From: Chloroflexota bacterium
GTDB lineage: Bacteria > Chloroflexota > UBA11872 > VXOZ01
Assembly: GCA_965221905.1 (NCBI GenBank)
Contig: OZ244922.1
Span: forward strand, 1,024,001-1,088,000
Reading direction: 5' to 3'
DNA: 64,000 bases
Positions within the stretch are counted from its first letter, which is position 1. The number at the start of each line of letters is the position of its first letter. The notes below the pieces were generated by a model. It saw nothing but the letters and a program-made list of their open reading frames with translations, had not been told where the DNA came from and made no database searches. Of the stretch, positions 8,414 to 19,107 are shown in pieces. A program made the position numbers and the translations under genes.

Positions 8414-11371
8414 GTGAACGTCAACCTGCCCCACACCGCGACAGATACGGATAGTCGCGACCGCCTGCTCTCCGATTTATGGCAGGCGGTCGCGGCAGAG
8501 ATCGCGGCGACGAAATCGCGAGCGGCTGTTTTCCGTGCCGAAGTCTGGTCCGGCAAGCTGCACACGGAATCTGAGAGAAACCATATATACACGTTTCTGC
8601 TCGATACGGTTGTGCCGATTGCGGACGACATGCCGGGGGAACTCCACGTCGGGGGGAAGGTGTATCTTTGCCGGATTGTTGCCGTGGAGGGGCTGCGCGT
8701 CTCAGTGCTGCTGGCAACCGCTCCCGCCCGGGTCATCGAGCGTGCCACGCTGATAGCACTGCCGTGGGTAGCGCTTGCACGGCTCCATGAGGCGCTAGAG
8801 CGATGCGCGAGCGAAACCACCGCTGGGCTGGGATTGAGCACGGCATTTTTTGCCGGAGAGTCTGCCGAAACGGAGCAGATTGCCGACGTGGCGGCCGGAC
8901 AGCCGGCGTTGTCACTCAACGAGGGACAGCAACAGGCGTTAACAACGGCGCTTCAGCGCGCGGTTACGGCTATTGCCGGTCCCGCAAACTCAGGAAAAAC
9001 CCATCTGCTCAGCAGAGTTGCGGCGGCTTGCCTCGAAGCTGGTAATCGTGTGCTCCTGCTGGCTTCCTCCAACCATGCAATAGATTCAATGCTCAGTACG
9101 CTCGTCGAGTCTGACGCGAGCACAACCTACGCCGCCGGTGACCTTCTCCGGATCGGCTGCAGCGCTGATCCTAGAGTGGGGCAAACGTTCCGGTCGCTTG
9201 CTCCGGAGCTTGCGGAGAGTCGCCTCAGAGCGGAACAGGAGCAGGAGCTTGCGGCTCTGATTGCGGAGCGTACAGCATTGGCGGAGAGCGACCAAGCGCT
9301 TCGTGTCCTGCAGAAGGCCGTAGCACTGGCACAGCATGCAGCGAATGAGCGCGATGCGGTTCAGGCAGAGGTGGATGCCCTGCTGGCGAAGCAGGAAACT
9401 GATGAGCCGCAGACCATTGAAACTGCCGGCGTACAACGCTTGAGAGAACGGTGGAGTCAGATCTGGCAGCGAGCCATGCTCCTTACCGGGCGTTCGGCTC
9501 GCAGCGTCCGGAGCCTCTATCGCGAAGATTCCGAGCGGCAGCGGCAGGAGGCATACGTCCACGCCCAGCAACTTGCCGAAGCCCAGCGCCGACTTGAAGG
9601 AAAAGTGGCTGCAGCGGCGCGCCTCCAAGAGAGTCTTGACCAACAGCTTGGAGAATTCGGTCTCGGCGCGGACAGTGTTCACGAGGCTTGCCGGGATTCG
9701 ACAGCGCGCCTGCGTGGGCTGGAAGAGAAGCACGAGAGTGCTCTGCGTGCGTTGGAAGGGGTGCCGCATGCCGCCCGCGCAACAGCACGGCTTGTGGCGG
9801 GCACGGTGAACCAAGCGCTTGTGGATGAAGAATTCGAGTTAGGGTCTTTCGACGTTGTGCTCATCGACGATGCCCACCGCATTCCTTTGCCGCATCTTTA
9901 CTGGGCGGCCGGTCTTGCGAGGTCGCGTCTTGTCATTACGCTGGAAGAGTCGGCGCTGCAGCCGTGGTACTGCGCGCAGCAGGCGGTTGCCCAACGCTGG
10001 CTGGGACGCTCGGTTGCTGCATACATGGCAAGCATCGGCGCGCAGTCTGCCGGATGGGTAGCCAAACTGACGGAGCGCTATGCGCTCCATCCCCCTCTAG
10101 CCCAGGCAGTGTCGGGTTGGTCCGCCGAGACAAGCGCCGGTGGTAGGGCGCGACTGTTGCAGGCGAAGAGCCCGCCGCAGGGGCAGCGGCGCAGTGCTAG
10201 GCGGCGTTTACCGGTACGTGGGCATACGGTGCCCCTGGAGAAGGCCCTGGCGAACGAGAGCCCGTTGGTGTTGGTTGACACCAGTGGACTAAAGCCGTGG
10301 TGTGAAGTGATCCCCCAGCAAGGGCGCTTGAACCTGGGGAGCGCCTTGGCAGCGGTGGCGCTCGCGGAACGACTGCTCCAGATTAACTCCAGCGCATCTA
10401 TCGCGCTCGTCACGCCTTATGCTGCGCAGGCAAGGCTGCTTCTCCACTTGGCGCGACAGCGCGAGGTCGCCCCGCAAGAGCGTGAGGTCGCAGGCGCTGT
10501 CGGCATTTACGCGCCTCCTTGCTTGCCTGACCGGGGGGCGGACGTCGTGATCCTGGATACTGTAGAGACACCGGGGCGATTTGCTTGGTCTGCCCTCGAC
10601 GATTCGCGTCCCGAATCTCAGGCTAATGCCTTCTTTAATAGTGTGTGCACCCAGGCGCGTCAGCGGGTGATGGTGCTTGCCCATTGGAAACACGTGCGCG
10701 ACTCTTTCGGGACGCGTGCGTTCTTGCGGCGCATGCTGGGCGAGGCTGTGCATGCAGGCTGGGCGGCGTCCGCGGCCAATCTTGTGCAGAGCGAACGGGC
10801 AGGCACGTTACCGCGAGGGTCAGTGGCATCGTCTCGCGCCAATGGAACGAGCGGTAAGAATTCCCGATCCCAGAACGGCTGGCGACTCTTGTTGCAAGAC
10901 CTGCAAGGGGCAGAGCGCCATGCCACTCTATGGAGTCCGCAACTTGCGCCTGCCGCCGTAGAGCGGGTGTTGGGCGGGCTGCCGTCTGAGCTCTTGGAGA
11001 ACGGCGCAGTGCGGGTTATCACACTGCCCCAGGAGCAACGCGGCGGGACTAGCCTGCAGTCGGCCGAGGCACTCAAGCTATGTGAGCAGATAGGTGCGGC
11101 GGTAGAAGAACGCAGCGGGCTGGTAGCCAATCTTGTGACCGTGGACGATCGGCTTGCGTGGGAATGTACGTTTCCGCCGCTAGGGGCTGGCGGCCGCGGC
11201 GCAGAGATGCGTCGTGTGGAGAACGCGCACGTGACTCGCATATTGCGTCAACTCTTGTCGTCCCCGCCTGCCGATGCTGCTCAGGATGCCGCGGCTTTCA
11301 TGCCATTCACTGAGGCAGCCGGCTTGATGACGCGTACGGTTGCGCAATCTCCTGATCACGCGCTGCCGTAG
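8414..11371 (+). CDS. SF1 (DNA2/NAM7-like) helicase-like protein with coiled-coil insert and C-terminal PLD-like domain; motifs degenerate
   Basis: Walker A GPANSGKT, ASSNHAID, FDVVLIDDA, IALVTPYAAQ, ADVVILD; C-terminal LWSPQL...VRVIT...VTVDDRLAW. Confidence 0.8.
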   Translation: MNVNLPHTATDTDSRDRLLSDLWQAVAAEIAATKSRAAVFRAEVWSGKLHTESERNHIYTFLLDTVVPIADDMPGELHVGGKVYLCRIVAVEGLRVSVLLATAPARVIERATLIALPWVALARLHEALERCASETTAGLGLSTAFFAGESAETEQIADVAAGQPALSLNEGQQQALTTALQRAVTAIAGPANSGKTHLLSRVAAACLEAGNRVLLLASSNHAIDSMLSTLVESDASTTYAAGDLLRIGCSADPRVGQTFRSLAPELAESRLRAEQEQELAALIAERTALAESDQALRVLQKAVALAQHAANERDAVQAEVDALLAKQETDEPQTIETAGVQRLRERWSQIWQRAMLLTGRSARSVRSLYREDSERQRQEAYVHAQQLAEAQRRLEGKVAAAARLQESLDQQLGEFGLGADSVHEACRDSTARLRGLEEKHESALRALEGVPHAARATARLVAGTVNQALVDEEFELGSFDVVLIDDAHRIPLPHLYWAAGLARSRLVITLEESALQPWYCAQQAVAQRWLGRSVAAYMASIGAQSAGWVAKLTERYALHPPLAQAVSGWSAETSAGGRARLLQAKSPPQGQRRSARRRLPVRGHTVPLEKALANESPLVLVDTSGLKPWCEVIPQQGRLNLGSALAAVALAERLLQINSSASIALVTPYAAQARLLLHLARQREVAPQEREVAGAVGIYAPPCLPDRGADVVILDTVETPGRFAWSALDDSRPESQANAFFNSVCTQARQRVMVLAHWKHVRDSFGTRAFLRRMLGEAVHAGWAASAANLVQSERAGTLPRGSVASSRANGTSGKNSRSQNGWRLLLQDLQGAERHATLWSPQLAPAAVERVLGGLPSELLENGAVRVITLPQEQRGGTSLQSAEALKLCEQIGAAVEERSGLVANLVTVDDRLAWECTFPPLGAGGRGAEMRRVENAHVTRILRQLLSSPPADAAQDAAAFMPFTEAAGLMTRTVAQSPDHALP

Positions 11372-11753
11372 CCTGTGACCGGGTCAAGTCCGTGCAGTGT
11401 ACGCCGGCAAGGCGATGGCGCTTCTGCGCAGGTGTATGGGCTATCCTCGGGAGACGCCAAGGCCGGTTTTGGCAACTTCAAACGAGGTTGCCACCTTCAC
11501 AGGGATGGTCTTGTAAGAGGCGGGTCTTTGCACGAGGATTCGCAGGTTTCAAACCTGCGCTACCGGAGTAAGAAAGCACTGTGGGCGCCCCGGCATTCGT
11601 TGCGCAGGGCAAGGTGACTGAGATGGGGTCACGCGCCCGTGCAAGTCAGCGTGCTTGCTCGCAGGTGCGGCGGGTAAACGGGCGGGGGACAAGCCCCCGC
11701 GCTACACATGGCTATGCGCTAACAAGATCAAGTGACTCTGAAGGGGCGGGTGC

Positions 11754-12224
11754 CTACGCTTCCGCAAAGTCGGCGAGGGTGGGCTGCTCGACGCCGATGT
11801 AATCGCGGCAGGCCATGATGATCGAGGCTGAGCGGCTGCCGGCGTTGAATGAAATGCGTTCGTTTTCCAGCAGGCCGCGGTCTACGTATGTAGGGAGGTC
11901 GAGCACGCTGCCGAACGGCGGCACGGCGCCGACCGGCAAGCCGGTCAAGTCACGCAATTCTTCCGGCGTGATCATGCGTAGATTCTTGATGCCGAATGCG
12001 CGCTTGAAGGCGCGTGTTCCCACTCGTTTATCGGCGGGCACCACCGCCAGCACCATTGACCCGTCCGCGGCGAAGACAAGAGCCTTCGCACCCTCGCGCA
12101 GGGGCGTGCCCCGTATGTCGGCCGCTTCCTGGCTGGTCTTGACGGGTGCGTGTTCTTTGAAGGTGAAAGGTACGCCGCCACTGCGCAGCAGCGCCTGAAT
12201 ACGCTCCGTTACTGGAATTGACAT
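11754..12224 (-). CDS. YbaK/ProX-family aminoacyl-tRNA deacylase
   Basis: AKALV, GAVPPFG and FNAG motifs. Confidence 0.9.
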   Translation of the reverse strand: MSIPVTERIQALLRSGGVPFTFKEHAPVKTSQEAADIRGTPLREGAKALVFAADGSMVLAVVPADKRVGTRAFKRAFGIKNLRMITPEELRDLTGLPVGAVPPFGSVLDLPTYVDRGLLENERISFNAGSRSASIIMACRDYIGVEQPTLADFAEA

Positions 12225-12432
12225 AAGATTACGGGTAACTCGCTAGACCGTGAGGCGGTTTGGAGGATGCATGCCGGCTCGGCGCTTCGTGCCGATAGTA
12301 TACCACTGGCAGGATAGACGGTATTCAAACGAAAGAGGCGCACATGGAAATGGCGGATGCATAAAGCTTCTGCTCTGGGTAATGCGAGATCGGACTCTTG
12401 TTTTGGTGAATGCGAACTGCCTTGGGAAGAGT

Positions 12433-12960
12433 CTAAGCTTGGCAGTTGGGGTAGTCGTCCCGTTCGGGGGTGCCGCTGGCGGGGAACGGCGGGCCGATGG
12501 TGATGCGCTCGAAGAAGCCGGCATCGGCAGCGGTCACGTTGCACCAGAAGAAGCCCATGGCCTGAAACGTAGCCCAATCCGGTATGTGGCGCCACTGCTG
12601 CAGCTCGGCGTCGTAGGCGAATATGCGGACATCGTTGCCGTCGAAACGGCGAGCGAGCATGTTGGGTTCAGGCAAGCGATGGTCCAAAGGGATAGTTCCA
12701 ATCGCCGCTACCGGAATAGTAAACTGCGAGATTACAATGTCCCAAGGAATGACGTCCACCATTGGACTGTAGGGCGGTATCCAGCGGCGGACGACGCGGG
12801 AATCGGCTTCATGGCGAACCACGGAATAGGTTTGGCCGAGGGTTTCATCGCGGATGAAGCCGATGTGGTATTGTTCCGAGCCGTCGGCGGAGATCCAGCC
12901 GATGTCTATGTGCGTGGTAACGTCGATTTCATTGGCGCCGCTGTCATCGCTGGCAGAGCT
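12433..12960 (-). pseudogene. second copy of the C-terminal domain of the 13241..14889 surface protein, lacking a standard start
   Basis: The frame encodes IGWISADG...GFIRDETLGQTY...RRWIPPY...QAMGFFWC...YPNC, homologous to 13241..13807. It stays open to about 13071, but has no ATG/GTG/TTG upstream of the mid-domain GTG at 12822. Confidence 0.6.
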
Positions 12961-13167
12961 TGGCTGGTCTTGGAGTTGGAATGAGTGGAGGCGGAGAAAC
13001 TGGCAGCAAGGCGCGATTCCTAGCGTGCGAAACTCCGCAGTATGCCGGCTGAAAGGGCACTTTTCAAGGCTTCAACGTACTCCATATGAGCCGAGGAAAA
13101 CGGGATGCTGCTTCGTTCCGGATAGGCAACTACCTGGCGCGGAAGTTGATGAGGCGTATTTGACCGT

Positions 13168-13197
13168 GAAGGCACGAGCCCATGGGCTCGTGCCTTC
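13168..13197. terminator. perfect 30-bp palindrome (hairpin or terminator-like)
   Basis: GAAGGCACGAGCCCATGGGCTCGTGCCTTC is its own reverse complement and lies about 45 nt downstream of the stop at 13241. Confidence 0.65.
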
Positions 13198-13240
13198 GTT
13201 GCAATGCACAGGTACTGTTTTGGCGTCGGAGGGGTCTCGG

Positions 13241-14889
13241 CTACGAGAAAGCCACGGGCTCTCTATTGTGGCAGTTGGGGTAATCGCTGCGTTCGGGTGT
13301 ATCGATGACAGGGAACGGCGGGCCGACGTTCATGCGCTCGAAGAATGTGGCATCTGCTGAGGTGACGTCGCACCAGAAGAAGCCCATGGCCTGGAAGGTT
13401 GCGTAGTTTGGGATGTGGCGCCACTGGAGCAGACCCGCGTCGAAAGCGAAGATACGGACGTCGTTGCTGTCGAAGCGGCGGACGAGCATGTTAGGTTCTG
13501 GGGCGAGGTGATCGAGGGGTATGGTGGAGACGACCTCAACGGGGACGCTGTACTCAGTGTTGACGATAGCCCAAGGGATTTGATAGACGTACAGGTCGTA
13601 GGGCGGGATCCAGCGGCGGACGATACAATTGCCGCCTTCATGGCGGGCGATGTAGTAGGTTTGGCCGAGGGTTTGGTCGCGGATGATGCCGGTGATGATG
13701 CGAGCGGAGGCGTCTTTGGCGAACCAGCCGATACCGAGAACGATGGTGGTGCCGGGGATATCGAGGCGTTCGAGCCAGAGGCGGTCGCCGGGCAGTTCGA
13801 AGGCCATGGCGGCGCTGGTGCTGCCGACGAGGTTCTTGACGGTAGAGAGTCGTCCGGTGGACGGGGAGAGCAGCCGTCAGCGGAGCGGGCACCGGAGCCT
13901 GAACCGCCGCCCCTGCCTCCACCGCCTCCACCACCGGCGCTAGGTGCGGTCCCGGGAACTTGGCCGGAGATTCGGGGTGGGTTATTGTTCTGCGGAGGGT
14001 TTTTGATCTGCGGAGGGTTTTTGATCTGCGGAGGGTTATTGTTCTGCGGAGTTTTGGGCTGTTGAGGAGGATCAGGCGGTACAGGAGTGGGCGTGGGAGT
14101 AGGAGTAGGAGTGGGCGTAGGTGTCGGTGTAGGATCCTGCGGAGGGTCAACGGGAGGATTGACAGTCGTATCCGGCGTCGGCGTGGGAGTAGGTGTCGGC
14201 GTGGGCGTCGGCCTGGGCCTGGGCGTCGGCGTGGGAGTAGGCGTCGGAGGGACAACACCGGAAACCCTTATCGTCAAGCTGCCTGCCCTTTTCACAATAG
14301 TCTTGAGACCTTTCCTCACCACGTACCCTACGCCAACACTTGCATTCCCTTCAGCGTGTGAAGCTACTGTCGCTGTGACGGTCTTCTCAGTGTCCCAGTC
14401 ACCTCCCTCACAATTGCCGCTTCCATCGTCGGTGCCGGTGGAGAAGTAAAAGGATTGTGGCTCGAGCTCGAAGTAGTGTAAGAAAAACCCGTCCGAAACC
14501 CCGACAGACACACCATCACCGCACTCCACACCGTCAAGACCCACGGGGTTCGCGCTGAGCTTTATTGTGTACTCCCCACTGTTACCTGGGGAAATCTCCA
14601 ATGTGGACGGCGACACAATTACGCTAACTCCGCCACCCATTGTGCTGCCTGCGCTGGCTGCCATTACAACAAGCATCAGCACTCCCGCCGGTAAAATACG
14701 CAGCCGGTTACCCTTTAGCCAGCGCCATAGGATGCCAAACAGTGTCTGCGGCAGTCTGCGAGCCGGCACCTTCGGTAGCTTGATGCCAAACAGCCAGCTA
14801 ATAAGAATGACTGTATAAGCGAGCAGCAGCAGTCCGGCAAGCGCCAGGCATCGCCTGATGCCTGCGAGCCATCTCCTAGCAGTATCCAT
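13241..14889 (-). CDS. membrane-anchored or secreted Pro/Thr-rich surface protein with conserved C-terminal domain; frameshift near 13865
   Basis: N-terminal hydrophobic segments, a beta-rich domain, then (PT)n and poly-Gly linkers. The C-terminal domain (13241..13876) is in another frame; one extra C in the C4 run at 13863-13866 would fuse them. Confidence 0.7.
13979..14250. repeat. intragenic tandem repeats: 18-bp PPQIKN/PPQNNN units and (PT)n tracts
   Basis: TGCGGAGGGTTTTTGATC twice, flanked by GGGTTATTGTTC variants; GGCGTGGGAGTAGG-type tracts at 14085-14250. Confidence 0.85.
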
Positions 14890-15620
14890 CGTCCATCCCC
14901 CTGCACATAAAAGAGTCCTTCTCCAAAATTTGTTTTTCCTAAGTTGTGGGCGAATAAGTGCGAGAAAAAAGTGTTTGGGCCTGGGTTATACGTTGGTTGG
15001 CGTGACGTCAGTAGGCGACTCCGTCTGACGGCGAGTGCTTGAAGAGATGCTCAAGGGACGTTATAGAAAAAAGCGATCTTGCTGAGAAACTGATCTGCCT
15101 TCCAATGAGAACAGAGCACGGTTGCGGTAGGACATTCCGGCGCAAACTGCGTTTGCAGGCCGGATACCGATGCAAGAGGAAGTAAGTGAGGCTCATGATC
15201 TTTCAGTGAAGAGGCTTGGCTGAGAGCAGGAGCACGTACCGTCGCAGACGTGAAGCCGCCGTTGCCGACGGTGCGGCTTAAGACATTGGCAGAATAATTC
15301 AGCTAGGGAAAAGCGGGAACGAACGCGTGATCGGATACCACCTAGGGTCTGATGCCCAAGAATAGGATGGCCCGTCTACCCCTAGAGGAGAATTGTCAGA
15401 ATGAGTAGCTGAAGCAGACTCAATTCAGAAGAGAAAAGTGAAAAAGGCAGAATGGGAGGTGCAAAAGTGGGGCTGGTATCGTTTCGCCACATACTATAAC
15501 ATAGGCCGCAAGTGAGAGCAAGCCCGTGGGTCAATTCCCCGTCAATGAGCAGAGCAGTCTAACAAAGTGCGGTGGCGGGCGTATTCTTGACGAGTTCAGC
15601 AATTGCTGCGTGACTTAAAC

Positions 15621-16379
15621 TTAGAGCAAGCCCGCGGTCAGGCCGCCGTCGATATGAATGACTTGGCCGGTTATATAAGAGGCCACGTCACTCGTAAGGT
15701 ACGAGACGAGTGCGGCGATCTCCTCCGGTCTGCCAGCGCGTTTGATGGGTAGCTTCTGCATCAGGCGGTCCATCAGGTGCGGCGGAATGTCGTGGGTGAG
15801 ATCGGTTGGGATGTACCCCGGCGCAATCGCGTTGACCGTGATGCCTCTGCTGCCCATCTCCACGGCAGTGGAGCGGGTGAATGCGACCACACCGGCCTTG
15901 GCGGCGGTGTAGTTGGCTTGGCCGGGATTCCCCACCATCCAGCCGACCGAGGTTATGTTTATGATGCGCCCCCAGCGCTGCGCCAGCATAGGCCGCAGGG
16001 CGGCACGGGTGCAGAGGAACGCGCCGCGCAAGTTGGTGTCTACAACAAGGTCCCAGTCGTCTTCGCTCATTTTGAGGACGAGGGTATCTTTGGTGATGCC
16101 GGCGTTATTCACCAAAACGTGGATGCTGCCAAATCGCTCTAGCGTGCGGTCGAAAACGGTTTTGACCGCGTCTGCGTCCCGCACGTCGCCGCTGACCGCC
16201 AAAGCACTGCCGCCGTCATTCTGGATTTGTGCTACGGCTTCGAGCGCGGCCTCCTCGTTAACCTGGTAGTTAATCGCTACGTTTGCGCCGGACGCAGCGA
16301 GATTGAGCGCGATCGTGCGCCCGATTCCGCGCGAGGCGCCGGTCACGAGTGCTGTCTTGCCAGAGAGGTGTTGTGCCAT
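15621..16379 (-). CDS. fabG: 3-oxoacyl-ACP reductase (SDR)
   Basis: TGASRGIG, NNAGITKD, GNPGQANYTAAK and NAIAPG motifs. Confidence 0.85.
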   Translation of the reverse strand: MAQHLSGKTALVTGASRGIGRTIALNLAASGANVAINYQVNEEAALEAVAQIQNDGGSALAVSGDVRDADAVKTVFDRTLERFGSIHVLVNNAGITKDTLVLKMSEDDWDLVVDTNLRGAFLCTRAALRPMLAQRWGRIINITSVGWMVGNPGQANYTAAKAGVVAFTRSTAVEMGSRGITVNAIAPGYIPTDLTHDIPPHLMDRLMQKLPIKRAGRPEEIAALVSYLTSDVASYITGQVIHIDGGLTAGLL

Positions 16380-16517
16380 GAACTCCGCGCGTTGTAGCTG
16401 AGCTTCTTTGCTGCTTTGGACGTTGGACTGCCAGCCGATACAGTAGATACGGGGACGCGCTTTTAACTGCGGTGACTGCGCGCCTCGTGGTGGCAGGTAC
16501 TGTGCTGAACTTCGCTG

Positions 16518-17360
16518 CTATGCCTTCTCGGCGACAACCTGCAGCCAGTAGCGGGGGACCGTTGTCAGATTCAACTCTCTGATTGCTTCCCGTATGCCGT
16601 GCTTCAGCACTGCCGCACCCACGTCCAGCGGCACGCCGGGCAAGACCCCCTCGATGAAGAGCGAATAATCGCTAATGTCCTCTATGCTCTCCAGGGTCAT
16701 ATCAACTTGCTGACACTCGAGGTGGGTGACAGTGAAGCCACTCTCGCCGAGCAGAGCCTCATATTGTTCGGGCGAAATCCAGCGCATAGCGGTGGTCTTT
16801 GCATTCTTGACAATCTTGACATTGGGATAGTCTCGCCGCATCTTTTGCACCGCGCGCACGATCCACAAGCGGTTTGTTTTCTCTGTGATCGGGAGATAGG
16901 CGCCTTCGAAGAAGGTCGTGTTGAAGGCCAACACGCCGCCAGGATTGAGCGCCTTGCCGATTTCCTTGAGTACGGTGTGCTTATCTTCTATCAGATGGAT
17001 TGCATTGCAGAAGAAGAGCGCGTCGGCGGATGCGACAAGCTGCGATACGTTTTCCGCACTGCCGTGGAGAAACTTGACCATGGCATTCGTAACGCTCTGC
17101 CGCGCCTTATCCAGCGCCAACGGGGAAGGGTCGATACCAAGGACCTGAGCCTTCAGGCCGAGATCCTGCACTTTAGCCAGGACCAATCGCGTGATCGCAC
17201 CGGTGCCGCAACCAAGATCGACGATGCGCCGCTGTACGTTCGGATCCAGCCGCTCCAGGAAGTTTAGAGCGGAATCTACAAGGTGCGTGTTAGTTTCACG
17301 ATAGAAGTCATGTCGTGCAAATGGCTCAAAGGAGTAATCTGTTCCCTGCGTCCCACCCAT
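16518..17360 (-). CDS. class I SAM-dependent methyltransferase
   Basis: VDLGCGTG, GIDPS and LNPGG motifs. Confidence 0.9.
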   Translation of the reverse strand: MGGTQGTDYSFEPFARHDFYRETNTHLVDSALNFLERLDPNVQRRIVDLGCGTGAITRLVLAKVQDLGLKAQVLGIDPSPLALDKARQSVTNAMVKFLHGSAENVSQLVASADALFFCNAIHLIEDKHTVLKEIGKALNPGGVLAFNTTFFEGAYLPITEKTNRLWIVRAVQKMRRDYPNVKIVKNAKTTAMRWISPEQYEALLGESGFTVTHLECQQVDMTLESIEDISDYSLFIEGVLPGVPLDVGAAVLKHGIREAIRELNLTTVPRYWLQVVAEKA

Positions 17361-17777
17361 AGAAGACCTCTCTCTCCGGCAAAAGCGCTCTCATTCCACT
17401 GGAGCGGCGCCGGATACTTTTCCTCTTCGCAGTCGGCAATAAACTCGGCAGCCGACTCTTCCCTGGTTTCTGCGGTCAGTAGCGAATCCTAAATCCTCAT
17501 CCTGCCCTGCCGCAGTAACTTCAAACGCGTAGCATTGTCACCATTATACGGGTTTTCCGTGCCGCGCGGACAGTCCCCATCCGGAGTTGTCCTTAGCGCC
17601 CAATGCCTAGAGCAGACCGGCCTGGAACGCAATGCTACAATGGGTGCGTGGCCGCGCGCAAGGTGGGGCAATGAGAAGCGCACCGAATCGCCTTATGGCA
17701 GTGTTGCGCGTGAAGTAGCAACATGTTCGAACTGGGTGCGTTGCCTGCAAAAGTGGATCATATGAGAGGATAGGCGC

Positions 17778-18965
17778 ATGAAGATCCGCTCGGTAGAGGC
17801 CGTTCCGTTGCGGTGGCCGGTGCAAGGAAGCAGTCGCGAGCGACCATCGGACTACGGGACGCATGACGAGGCCCACGCCGTTATCGTGAAGATAGAGACG
17901 GATGACGGGCTTGTCGGTCACGGTGAAGTGCATCCCGGCTACGGCTATACGCGAGGGGCGTGCTGGTCTCTAAAGGCTATTGTAGAGCGAGAACTGGGAC
18001 CGGAGATCATCGGCGAAGACCCCACGCGGCCCGAGTATATCTGGGAAAAGATGTACAACGGCCCGCGCCTGGGCATTGCGCTTACTTACGGCCAGAGCGC
18101 GCCGCGCATGGGCCGCCGCGGTGTAACAGTTTGTGCTATGGGCGGCATTGACATGGCACTCTGGGACATTTTTGCCCGGTCGCTCGGCGTGCCGATCCAT
18201 AAACTGCTGGGCGGCGGCTACCGCTCTCGGCTACCGACGTACGCGAGCGGCGGTCACGCGGTCGCCGAGGAGGCGGGAGATGAGGCGCTTGCGTACATTG
18301 CACAAGGCTTTCGCGCTGTAAAGATGCGCGTGGGCGCGATGGATGCGCCGCGCATTGTCAGGGACGGCATTGCGCGCATTCGAGCCGTGCGGGACGCTAT
18401 CGGGCCCAATAACAGGATCATGCTCGACGCCCACGGTTCGCTCAATGAAGGCCAAGCGATCCGCTTGGCACAGGCGGCAGAGGAGTATGACATCGACTGG
18501 TTTGAGGAGCCGGTGAGCAGCGATAACTGGCAGGGCATGCGCCGCGTGCGCCAAGCAACGTCGATACCCATTTCGACCGGAGAGAACGACTTCACGCATT
18601 TCGACTTCCGTGACATAATTGCCCATGAAGCGGCAGACATCCTGCAACCCGATTTGGCGGTGGTTGGCGGATTCACGGCGGCGCGGCGCATCGGCACACT
18701 GGCCCACGCTGCAAACTTGCAGGTGGCGCCGCACATTTGGGGCTCGGCGCTGCTCTTCTATGCCAGCTTGCAACTGGCGGCGGCCCTGCCAAACTGTCCC
18801 GTAATCGAATTCCGACAGGGCGGCAACCCGCTCTTTTGCGACCTCATTACGCCGCCGCCTGCGATTGATAGTGAGGGCTATGTGATAGTCCCTTCAGGGC
18901 CGGGCCTGGGTGTGGACATAGACCTGGAGGCTGCCAAGCGGAGGTTTCCGTTTGAGGGAGATTAA
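17778..18965 (+). CDS. mandelate racemase/muconate lactonizing enzyme family protein
   Basis: IDMALWDI, KMRVG, MLDAH, WFEEP, TGEN, QPD, APH and GPGLG motifs. Confidence 0.92.
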   Translation: MKIRSVEAVPLRWPVQGSSRERPSDYGTHDEAHAVIVKIETDDGLVGHGEVHPGYGYTRGACWSLKAIVERELGPEIIGEDPTRPEYIWEKMYNGPRLGIALTYGQSAPRMGRRGVTVCAMGGIDMALWDIFARSLGVPIHKLLGGGYRSRLPTYASGGHAVAEEAGDEALAYIAQGFRAVKMRVGAMDAPRIVRDGIARIRAVRDAIGPNNRIMLDAHGSLNEGQAIRLAQAAEEYDIDWFEEPVSSDNWQGMRRVRQATSIPISTGENDFTHFDFRDIIAHEAADILQPDLAVVGGFTAARRIGTLAHAANLQVAPHIWGSALLFYASLQLAAALPNCPVIEFRQGGNPLFCDLITPPPAIDSEGYVIVPSGPGLGVDIDLEAAKRRFPFEGD

Positions 18966-19107
18966 CGCCGACTACATGGATTTCGACAGGATCTGCGTCT
19001 CCGATGAGATTGCATCTACTGGGCGGGTAGCAGACTCTGGATTTGGGAGCACGATATCCGTGTATTGATGGAAGAGGCCGATTGCCTGCTTAGGAGAAGA
19101 GGAAGCT

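Noticed and set aside
12433-13807. Diversity-generating retroelement TR/VR pair
   Set aside because: Differences between the copies involve all four bases and many are synonymous, not adenine-specific; no reverse transcriptase in the window.
12250-14449. Long plus-strand ORFs (12250..12984, 13415..14065, 14087..14449)
   Set aside because: Antisense shadows of the GC-rich minus-strand genes and PT repeats.
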